64,000 bases of DNA from Strigamia acuminata (taxonomy: Eukaryota). Position numbers and translations under genes: made by a program. The notes below the pieces were generated by a model that worked only from the letters and a program-made list of their open reading frames with translations, did not search any database and was not told the DNA's origin. Shown here in pieces: positions 39,852 to 50,873 of this stretch. Positions within the stretch are counted from its first letter, which is position 1; every line of letters begins with the position of its first letter. Location of the stretch: NCBI GenBank assembly GCA_949358305.1, contig OX442314.1, forward strand, positions 12,648,001-12,712,000, in the 5' to 3' direction.

Positions 39852-40298
39852 ACATTTCGAAAAATTTATCAAAATTAAAATTACTCTTTGTCTTAATTGA
39901 TCTCCAAAATAAGAAACATAACAAGAATAAAACCTTTAATAATACCTTATTAATATGCAAAAAAAATTTATTTGTTCCCACCTAATGTTAACTTGTAAAA
40001 AAAAATTAAAATTGTCTAAAGACTTTGTGAACATTTTAACTATCACAATATTGAATTAATTTTTTAAAAAATAAAAACATCAGTCAAAAAAAAATAATTT
40101 TTGGATGGCAAAAATACACCCCAGGTGCAGAAAAAGGTCATTACTAATTAAACTTGTCATTTAAAGCTAAAGAACTAAGCTAAAGAAATGACCTGATACA
40201 AAAACTGGAAGAAGGAAACAAGTTTTGTTTTTGCTTTTTTTGGACGTGTGAAATATGGCTGATGGACCTAGATATGTCAAACGTGCACGTTCCGACGC

Positions 40299-40450
40299 AG
40301 TTCTGCAATAGTTTTAAAATTGCTAGAAATGAAAAATCCACTAAATAATTTGCATATTCGTAAGTGCCAAAATATTGACCAACCAGCTTGTGATATAATT
40401 ACTGATTATGTTCAAAGTGAGAATTTGGTTCTTAATCTTGATCTTCGACG
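40299..40450 (+). pseudogene. LRR-family C-terminal fragment
   Basis: SSAIVLKLLEMKNPLNNLHIRKCQNIDQPACDIITDYVQSENLVLNLDL. Confidence 0.8.
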
Positions 40451-40904
40451 TCACAATTAAATTACTACTCTTACATAAGTTATTTATCCTTTAAATTTTT
40501 TTTTTATAAAAACCGAAGGAATAAATTATTTCCATAACTTCGAGTCATCCAAACCTAATCAACCATTTCTGTGATTTTCCCAGTTTGACTCCTTTATTCA
40601 GCTATTTACACCATTGAGGTGTAAATATTACACCTTTAAACCTGTACACCTTTGAGCATAAACTTACTCATAAAGGTGTAAATTATTTCTCCTAAACAGT
40701 AACTTTACTTAGTATTTTTAAAAAATTTAAAGAAACTGTAGAAAAAATAAAAAGTAAAGCATGTAAATTGTGTACATTTTAATTATGGCAAACGTTTATC
40801 ATTTTCCACGTGAACAGTACGTCTACTGGTTCTATATAGTATTTATGTAAGCGATGGTTTAGAATGACTAAACTGTAGCTGTTCTACTGACCTGATATCA
40901 CGAC

Positions 40905-42211
40905 ATGCCTAATAAGAAATCACCATCGAGTTTGGAAGAATTGTGTTTGAAATCAATCTTTGCACATTACGACGAGATACGCCATCATCTTATTCATTTT
41001 CCTAACGGATTGATTAATAAGATATATCAACACTTTGTTGAATTTCAGGTACAAAGAATCGGAATGTTTGCTATACTTTATAGAAGAAAACAGTTTCGTT
41101 TGCATTCGGATGATTTTATTCGTCCAGGCACGAGATCGTTATGCTGTTTGGACCGGTTTTACGATCTGCCTACGCACAAACTACAAGTAGTAGATAAAAT
41201 AACCCGCGTTTGTAAAAGTCTGGCGGATCTAGACTTATCATGCTACTCGATTCCACCCGAATTTGTAATTACATTGGTACAACATTTATCCAGCATTCGA
41301 CGTCTTAACCTGGAAAGACTCAATGGCATCACGGATTTGATTTTAGCTAAGATGTTTACGAGAAACGTGCAAATTGAATATTTAAACATCTACTCTACCG
41401 ACGTTACAGTAAATGGATATTTACAACTCGTAAGAAATCTGCCACATCTAAAAAATTAAATGTTGATCCGGAAATGTGGAGAGAATTATTTCAACTCCTA
41501 AAACAAGATTTTTATCGCAGCAAAATGTTAAATACATATTCTCTCGAAAGTGTAAGTTTAGATGAGTGGACAGATGACGATCTCACCGTAGTCCCACAAA
41601 TGTTTCCTAATTTACGTAACATTACCTTTGGGTCAATTTTTATCGGCTGGAACTATTTAGATGTTGCATCAATACTATGCAAAACAATGAAAAGAATAAC
41701 TAAACTAAGATTGAAAAATATTAGTCTGATCAATATTTGGCAAACTGGCTTTTACTGCCCAATGTTGGAAAGTTTAGACTTGACTAATTGTTCCATCAGC
41801 GCTGATACAACTAATTGTGACAATTTAGAACACGTCAACAATCATCTGCCATTCAGAAATCTACGTAAACTTAAAATTTGTGAGCGACAGATAGATCAAC
41901 AAGACAATCAACTTTTGCAAATATTGTTGGTAAATTCCATCAATTTAAACAGCCTACGTGTTAGTGGATGTCACGCTTTTTCGGATAGCTTGATTACAGA
42001 GCTCACCGAATTAAATTTACTGCAAAATCTCAGGGAGCTTTTCATTACCGGGTGTCACTCGATTAGTTCTGAAACAGTTTTAAAATTGCTTGCTACGAAA
42101 AATCCTCTAAATGTTTTCTATAGTCTTTATTGCCACAAAATCAACAAACACATCATTAATAATTATGTTCAAAATCAGAATTTGGATCTTGATCTTAATT
42201 TGGGAGTGTGA
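40905..42211 (+). pseudogene. Full-length LRR paralog with one frameshift near 41455
   Basis: ORFs 40905..41459 and 41474..42211 are consecutive halves. CTAAAAAATTAAATG here versus CTAAAAGAATTAAATG in the 35234 copy. Confidence 0.8.
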
Positions 42212-45044
42212 ATTATCACTAAAGCAATTAATAATTACTATAATATCCAAAAGAATAAATAAAGTAGATTTATATCGTTTAAATCATTGATTGTTACTAA
42301 TTCTGCATTGTTTTTTCACGTCTTCTTTCAAACAATTGTTCAGGGTGTCCACAAAATATCCAGACAATTTAAAAAATTACTAAAAAAAAAAATGAGTTAT
42401 TTTTTAAACTTGTAAACAGTAAAAAAATAATAATTTTTGGATGGTAAAAAGACAACCCATAGGTGCGGAAAAGAGTAATTAAACTTGTAATTTAAAAAAC
42501 TAAGCTAAATAAATAACCTGATAGAACAACCAGAAGAAAAAACACAATTTTGTTTTTCCTTTTTTTTGCACGTGTGAAACATGGCTGTCACAGTCACAGG
42601 TCGAAATAAAAGTGCTAGTTTATGACAGTTACGCAACTCGTCTCGTTCGACTTGTGCACCATTCGTGCGGTGACACATTGGAGGATTTAGGAGGGCCGAG
42701 TGCAGCATAAACGTGTCCGAAATCATCTTTGTAATGTCAAGTTGAAGGCTGCAAATCTCATCGAGATTAATCTCATCACTCAAGAGAAATGGAAGGAGTT
42801 TAGTGACCTTTTAAAGAGGGGGAATAGAGCGACACATTCCTTCATTGCCACTTGTTTCTGCCTCCACTTCGCTTCGCAAACGCGCGACAAATAAAATAAA
42901 GCGCACAAATTATCGCCACAACGAGACAAGTATAGAAGAAAAAGGTTAAATCGACACAGGTTGCTGATATGAGTTCGTATTTTGGCTTGGTCGTGACATT
43001 TGAGAAAATTGCTAGTTTTGACGTCCTCGATATTATCATGTCAAAACGTTTCATGTCGGAATGCTTTTGAAGGAAATGACAGCAAAAATGTCGACAAGTG
43101 TGATGGAAAATGCTTTCAAACGCAAATATTGTCAAAAAAAAGTTGTTTGACCAGGAATTTAATGACTGGAAATGTTTTATTTTTATTTGCCGCATGGGAC
43201 ACAAATTAAAAACAATAATTCCAATTTAAAAAAAAACAAAAAAACAAACACGGTACGGAAACTAGCGTCGACGCTTTTTTGGTGTGGGGATTACTGTTCA
43301 GAAGCAATTTAAACTTCTATACACTGGCGCCAGACCACTTTACAAAAAAAATTGACGACCGAAACTGATCAAGTAGTTGAAGTGACACAAAACCAACAAA
43401 TGCATATTCACATTAAAAATCATAATCATATTTTACTAACAATAATTTGCTTGTGATAATTGGGCTTTTGATAAACCAAAAAATTAATTAATTAATTATT
43501 TGCTTATTTGATTATTTGATAATTATTTAATTATAATTTAAATCATAAGTACCGGTATCATAAAAGACAAATTGGCAGAACCACCACATAATGAATAATT
43601 TGGAGATAATTAAAATAGATTTCAACCTCATAAAAAGTGACTTTAGCATTATAAAATGTATTTTTCAAGTGCAAAAATTCATTTTTGGCACATTTAGTAT
43701 GCATTTTTGCACTTTCCAGTCGCGTTGTACAGGATATCGCATTCAATCAGCATCCCGCGTTCATTGAGAGCACTTACGGTATGTGCTCAATGAAGTTCAT
43801 AAATAGAAAATTATACCGTTTTGTAAATAGGGTTTTTCATCCAAATAATGGGCAATTGCTGCTTATTCTTCATTTGTCCAAGCTCTTACAACTGCTCCTT
43901 TTCTTGGAGTTACATTTACAGTGGATTTTCTTATAGTTCCAGTTTTTGAATGGCTTATACAAGTTAAGTGATAAGCCAAATGATAAGTGACAGGTGGGGA
44001 GACTTGTCATAATCTGACTTATCACATACGACTATGACGAAAATGAGGTCACGACCGGTCACCCATAAGTCATTTCAGCCAGTTCAGTCAGATCAGCCAT
44101 TTGAGTACGAAAGCACCAAATGTCTGGCTTCGTTCTTTCAATATTTCTCGTAAATAAATTTGTATTGATGCAATCTTGTGTGCAAACTGTCGCCAGATGG
44201 CAGACCTACCCGCTAACTCATGTCGCATCATTAGTGACCACGTGATGACCAGCCAGTCAAAATGGATTCTACCTTTCACCTGTACAGTGGTCATAAAGAA
44301 TTTACTCGAAGTTTCGCTATTCGCCAAAGTGTTCCGTTTCCTCAAGTTCTTTCAACGCCGCATCAACCCCCACGACCCGACTTCAGAAGTGATGAACAAA
44401 ATAAGAAGCTCAAGAAGCCATCGACGTCACTCAAACTGTCTCGTATCCAAGACAACAGAAGCAACAGCTGGAAAGGTGGTGATGCAACGCTCAAAATAAA
44501 GAAGAAAAAAAACAGATTTTTGACATTTTTACACAAAATAAACCAACGAATCTTTTCAATATTCAAAATTTCACCAAAAATTTTAAAAAAAAATATTAAA
44601 TTTTTGAGAAACCGAGATAGCGTACAATTTGCCTTCCACGCCATCTATTGAGATTTATTTGCAAAGAATTAAATAAAATTTAAATATTCCCATTATCTCA
44701 CCATAATTATTCAAAAGGCTGAATTTTAAACACTTCCTTACGTCTTATCTGAGTAAATAATATTGTCCCAAACAAAGCCAAGTTCAGCGAACTGAAATAA
44801 ATGTCAAACTGAATTTGAAAGAAAACAAAAACTGAATAGCATCAGCTGCGTCGTCCTGCACTCAGCCCCAAAGCAAGACCCATTCAAACCACACCAACCC
44901 CCACTATCAATTTGTTTACAACTTCAAACCCCGCAACAATATCAAATACAAAACACTTGCAAAAAAAAAATATTAAATAAAATTTAAAAAAAATCCAAAC
45001 AAAATAAAAATAAAAAATAAAAATAAACTAACCACAGGACTAAC

Positions 45045-45812
45045 CTTTTGGATCTTGCTCGTCGTTGTGATGGCTTGAACATCATGCGCGAGATGCCGTC
45101 CGTCTTGCGTACACGTCGCACACAGAGGAATCTTACACACCATACAATACGACGAGAACGTATCTTCCCCGTGCTCCGCGCACTTCGAGTCACATCCCTT
45201 ATTTTTCGCGTTCACCGCCGCTTTGCCCCGCAACGGCGACAGCAAGTTGTGTTTGGCCAACGGACCGCGCGACGGATGACAACCCTCTCGGCACGGATCG
45301 CAATAGAAAACCTCGCACTGCTCGCACATGACCGAAGCGTCGTTCGGTTCCGCCTCGCACAACTGGCATTTCACCGTCAGATTTTTCGATTCGCCGTACT
45401 TGTCCACTATATTCTGCATGGCCCTGTTTTTCGGCAAATTGTGCGGGCCATTCTCGTCGAAATAAACGATTTTCTGGCACACTGCGCACGCGAGTGAGAC
45501 GACATTGTTGTGCAAAGGCGGGAATAGGATTCCTTGGGTGTTCGGGGTGCCCACGTAGCTGTTCGGTCTGCTGTTGCAAATCACTCCGCTGTCGGTTTCA
45601 CTCAAGATGCTCAGTTTATCCACCTCTGGGTTGTCGGAATTTGATTCGCTGCTCGTGTTGCTCGCCAAACTTTCTTCGGAAGTCGGCTGGATCTGCGCCG
45701 CCGGTTGTTGGATGTGAACGGCGCAGTTTAAACAGAGGGAATGGTAACATGGCAGCATTACGGGATTGTTGTAAAGTTGTTTACATACGGGACATTTCAA
45801 TTCGTCCTCCAT
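45045..45812 (-). CDS. Trim9: TRIM9/TRIM67-family E3 ligase, first coding exon (RING plus two B-boxes)
   Basis: MEDELKCPVC, DKLSILSETDSGVICNSRPNSYV, CEQCEVFYCDPCREGCHPSRGPLAKHNL. Phase-0 donor AAG|GTTAGT after 256 codons. No later exon was recognised in the window. Confidence 0.93.
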
Positions 45813-45930
45813 GTTCGGAGTAAATAGAGGATAAACACGCGAGTCTGTGTTTTTCAAACTTCCACCGAACTGACTCTTTCCGGCGCAACCGCAACCAAAC
45901 AGGACAAGTCCAAACTTCTCGTTAGGTAGA

Positions 45931-45947
45931 GGAAGTCACGTGATTGG
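45931..45947. promoter_or_regulatory. Overlapping ETS-like, E-box and CCAAT motifs in the short divergent Trim9/L2HGDH interval
   Basis: GGAAGTCACGTGATTGG lies between ATGs only about 280 bp apart. Motif match only. Confidence 0.35.
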
Positions 45948-46092
45948 GTGATGCGTGTTCGCGCTCTTGTGGCAAAAACTTGCAACTACATCATGATGGA
46001 ATATGATGAAGAGAAATCGTGAGTAGATGAAACAAACATTCTAGTTTTTAAATTATAATTATTATTTTGTGTGTGGGAAGGAATAGTGAAAA

Positions 46093-47538
46093 ATGGCAGT
46101 GGTCAAATGTGCGTTTAAATCACCAATTGCTTTTACTCGATTATTTTTGCCGAGTTGGATCACGTCAACTGAAAACCGCGAATTATCCAACAGGTATGTA
46201 TAAGCAAAATTAATTTAATCAAATAAATAACTCAATTAATTTTTATTTTTTACAGTATTAATCAAACAGAGTACGACGTGGTCATTTTTGATGGAGAAAT
46301 AGTTGGAGTAGCTGCAGCGCGAGAATTAATTACACACAATTCTTCATTAAAATGTGTAGTTGAAAAAGACTCGCATCTCGGTGGATTGAGTCGTTTTGTT
46401 AGGTATTTATTTGTAAACTGTAAAATTGTAAATCTCAATATTTTATTTTGTGATTACAGGGTTTGAAAACCATTTGGTTTGGTCACCGCACACAGGAGTT
46501 GTCGCTTGGGCTCGGATGACTCGGGAGTTATTGGAATAATTTTCAAATATTGGGTGGAAAGATTCATTTCAATTTCAATGTTCGAGGGTTTAGAATTGCC
46601 CCGGAAGGGCAAAAGGGAAGAAATAAATATACAGTTCATATTAAGAGAGATAAACATGTAAAGAAATGTTTATATTTGTTAGATTTTTGTTATTTATATT
46701 CATTTTATTAGGAAAGTATTCGCTGTCGGTACGTGATTATCTGTGGTGGCCTAAATTAGCACAAATGTCTGGGTGCAGTTCTGATCCGAAAATTGTTCCT
46801 TTTCGAGGCGAATATTTACTTCTGAAACCAGAGAAATGTCATTTAGTCAAAGGAAATATATATCCTGTAAGTTGAGACATATTTTTTTCTAAAAAAATCA
46901 AATTTTTATTATTATTTTTTTGTGGCAATTACCAGGTTTACCAAATCCGAATTTTCCGTTTTTAGGCGTACATTTCACACCACGAATGGATGGTAGTGTC
47001 TGGCTAGGGCCAAACGCAGTTCTTGCTTTTAAGCGTGAGGGATTTAAATTTACGGATTTCAGTTTTCCTGAGTTTCTCGATACGGTAAAATATCGGTAAT
47101 TTGCGTTACTGAAATAAATATTTAAACTCATTAATCTCATTTTTTTGTTACATTTGATTACGATTAGAGGATTTCAAAAGTTAGCGTGCAAATATACCTC
47201 TGCCGGAATTGGTGAACTATTTCGCTCATTTTCGAAAACTGCTCAAGTTAAAGAATTACAAAAGTTTATTCCTGAAGTTACCGCTCGTGATGTCATTCGG
47301 CAAGTTCCAAACAAAAATTATTTAAATAACGATAAACCTGTGAATTATATTTCAATTTCAGAGCTCAAGCAATGAATTCTAAAGGCGAATTAGTGGATGA
47401 TTTTGTTTTTGACAGTGGGAAAGAAGAGTTGGTCAAATTCTGCTTGTAAGGAATGCTCCTTCACCTGCTGGAGCCACCTCGTCGTTGGCCATAGATAAAA
47501 TGATCAAATCAAAAGTGGAAGAAACATTTGAATTATAA
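46093..47538 (+). pseudogene. L2HGDH: L-2-hydroxyglutarate dehydrogenase, degenerate and intron-containing
   Basis: [57 protein letters not shown]. The FAD GxGxxG motif has decayed to DGEIVG, the HQTGHNSGVIH segment is missing, and there is an internal stop. Confidence 0.85.
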
Positions 47539-47824
47539 CAATAACAAAGAAATATTATTTCATAAAATGCCTTTAATTACCGAATTATGTAATGAAATTC
47601 AAAATAGCTGATAAACATATAAAATAAACAACAGAACTATTAAGTTGCAAGTTTACATTTATTAAGATGAAGAATTCGACAAAAGCTGTGTGTTTTGTGG
47701 CGCCTATTTTGGACGATGAATGCATACAAAATGCAAGCACATTGCGTACCGTAACCAATTAGGATGTTCACGCCATATTCCTTCCCCCGGACTGGTTTTG
47801 GAACAACTAAGAATTTTTTCTTTA

Positions 47825-48830
47825 TTATTGCCAATGAAGTTCACGACACAGCAAATTGAAATGGTAAGTTTTTAATATATTTTTGGCAAACATCATACAT
47901 TTATTCAGCATCGGCGGCAAACAATCATGAACATATTTTTTCGCCACTTGATCAACACACGGGTCAACCGGTAAATTACTGATCAATTTATTCATCAAAC
48001 TCTGAAGTTTTCCTAAAAACATTTCTCGGCCTTCAGAAACGATATCGGAATTCGCCACACCCATATTTCTCATGTAATCAATCGCTAAACTTTTCCGGAA
48101 CTCCACATCGTCTTCGAACAACTGTTCGAGTGCGGTAGGAACGAGTTGATGAAGTAAATCACACCAAGTATTTTTCTGAGCAGCTGACACGGTAATGTGC
48201 AGTGAATGTGTATCGCCTTGAGTTGACGCTTGATGGATAAAGCCTCGTGGAAAATACAACAAATCGCCCGGTTCCAGTTGAACGGTCAAAATATTCTCTC
48301 CGAGTTCGTTCGGGTCAAGAATAACTAAAAAAATATATTTAAAAAATTAATTTCATTTAACATTTAAATTAAATTTTAATTTAAAACTCACGACTCGAAT
48401 TTCTCGGAAGCGTTTCCAAAGGACTGGGCTGCGCGTAAAGTTTCAATCGCTTTTTCCCTTCAATTTGCAGTACAAACGCTTCGATGTCGTCGTAATGAGG
48501 CGCGAAACCTTGAGATCCAGGTGATGTAAGACAACTAAAGCGTTAAAATTGTATAAATTAATTTTAAAAAGTTATTTCTGGGGTAGGATTCGTTTCTTAC
48601 ACGTTCGCTCCGACGCAACTACCGCTCGGTCGTCGGGATTATGAGTCTCTCTTTTCCCATTGACGTACGATGTTACGTAGATATTTTTGCTGAACTGGAC
48701 AACTTGCTGCTTAAAAATATAAAATATAATAAAATATTTTAAAATAGTACTCCGTAATATTAAATTACCTCTTTTAATATTTTGTCGAATTCATCGGTGC
48801 TAAAAATCCGCTTGTAATAACTGGAATTGT
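47825..48830 (-). pseudogene. RIOX1: NO66/RIOX1 JmjC oxygenase, partial and internally deleted
   Basis: Exons [23 protein letters not shown] and LEPGDLLYFPRGFIHQA...HSLHITVS. ETHNP is fused out of frame to VGANV, and the termini were not found. Confidence 0.8.
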
Positions 48831-49577
48831 GGAGTTTTCTCCCAATTATTTCTGAAATCAATTTATTATGTATTAATTTTGATTATTTATGTATTTTCTG
48901 TCGTGGAATTTGTACTTGAAATAATGATTATTTTTTTACTTATTGAGCATTAAACAATTAAAATCAATTACGCAAATATGGTCCATCGCAAATGTGGGAT
49001 TATTCCTTATTTTATTTTATTTTTTTATTTTTTTTATTTTTAATTCGTCGCAAATTTAGAACGTCGCAAATTTGACACAAATTTTCACGATCGCAAATTT
49101 GGCGATCGCAAATGTGGTCCTACACCTTATATTTCTGTCATCTTGAGAAGTAAATTTATTCTCTTTTGGTTGTTTCTCTGTCGGTTTTGGTCGATAAACC
49201 CTCGGTGATTTCTCAAGTTGGGCGTGCACCTGACGCTGAAGTTTTTCAAGTACCTAAACCAAAATGAAAATGTGTGTTTGAAATGAAATTTTTCAAAAAC
49301 ATACCACTTTGTTCTTCATCTTGCCTGATAAACCGTTTTGAATTTGAGGACTTTTTTTAATTTTATTGTTTGCAATTCGTCATACCTAGAGAAAATATAA
49401 AATATCAAATTCAAGTGCTTTAGTTGCATCAGTAATACGCAATACAAAGAAAAACTCAGCTGTTTAACATTGGTCCAGTTAATTTTAAGCAAATTCTGAG
49501 CAGCCTTAATGGCTGTAAAATGTAATCAGCCATGACAGAACATAATAGAAGTAATTATGGAACATTGCCTAAAACGA

Positions 49578-49886
49578 AGTGGCTACGTTCATGTCCGACG
49601 TGAACGTATTATTTTCATGACGCGCTGTGATTGGTTGAGAGATACATTGAAATACATTGATGAAAATCCTCATTTTGTCAACTTTGCTAAACACAGATAA
49701 GGTTAGGTCTGGGGGGGTCAAGGGGGGGCTACGCCCCCCCTTGTAAGAAAAAAAGAAGCTAGAACCTCGAAAACATTGAATTTGAGAAAAATACGTTGAG
49801 GAAACGAACCGACATGAATAGATCTCAGCCAATCACAGCGCGTCATGAAAATAATACGTTCATGTCGGACATGAACGTAGCCACTG
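49578..49886. mobile_element. MITE with ~63-bp terminal inverted repeats
   Basis: AGTGGCTACGTTCATGTCCGAC...TGATTGGTTGAGA versus TCTCAGCCAATCA...GTCGGACATGAACGTAGCCACT. Confidence 0.75.
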
Positions 49887-50873
49887 CCTGCCTAAAAACT
49901 GTACATACGCAATGGCCTTATCACGAAGGCGTGGACTTGATTTATTTTTTGTCTTAAAAGCTGATCATCGGATAGGATGAGCGGGCTGGCTAGTAGAGAA
50001 AATACAAAAATTTTAACGAAGTTAATGTAATGATAGTTTTCCCGATAAGTGAAAAATTAGATTTTATTTACTGTCTAGAAAACTGTGTGAGTTTACACGG
50101 CGTTAGTTTACTTACGGTAATTACCCCTAATGCAGTAACAGGAACACCAAAATGGCTGTCGATCTACTTCAATTCAGGCCTTAAACCAACAAAATTTAGC
50201 ACGTGTAACTTGATCCAAAAGGAAGAAGTATTAACCTTTTTACACTCAGTGGTATCAGACCCACCCAGAACTATAACATTGGAACTTGAATTGATGTATC
50301 AGAATTTTTCTAATAGAATGCGGGTGTGTGTTCTATTTTCAAAATCCAGATTGTTTCCTCTTCCTAAGAGAGACCCGCATTTTATTATTTCTTGTGCGAT
50401 GCAGAGAAGATTCAAGGGGATGTTTTAATTTAAAATAATTTTAGTTTCTGATCCAAATAAGCATAAGAATGAATTCAACTGCAATCAGCAGATTGTCTTC
50501 CGAATTGATAGGAAAGAAAAGGTTGAAATTCAAGCACCGCAAAAATGAAAGAATTCTCGACAATTCTTGAAATAATTTTGTAAATTTTATAAAAAGAGAA
50601 AAAAAATAAAAACACAATAAGAAAACGATTTTCTTTATGTCTACACAAGTATACACGAAGACCAATGAATTTCCAAGAACAATAAAAAATAATAATAATT
50701 AATTATTGCTTTTTCAATTCCCTTCCGCGACCACGACGTCCTTTGGTGGCAGAGAGAAAAGTTAATAACGACGAGCACGATGACGACGTGACCAGGTAGT
50801 CCAAAAAGATCGGGGTTTGGCGAAGGTTGTCTAAAGAGAGAAGGGTCGGGCGCAGGTACTACCTCGGTGCAGG

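Noticed and set aside
4990..42211. LRR copies as processed retrocopies or transposon cargo
   Set aside because: The copies share upstream promoter and flanking DNA and lack poly-A tails, target duplications and bounding TIRs, which points to DNA-level tandem duplication.
45048..45823. Overlapping ORFs in the Trim9 exon (similar ones occur in the RBR exons)
   Set aside because: GC-rich codon usage suppresses stop codons in other frames, and there is no independent evidence for them.
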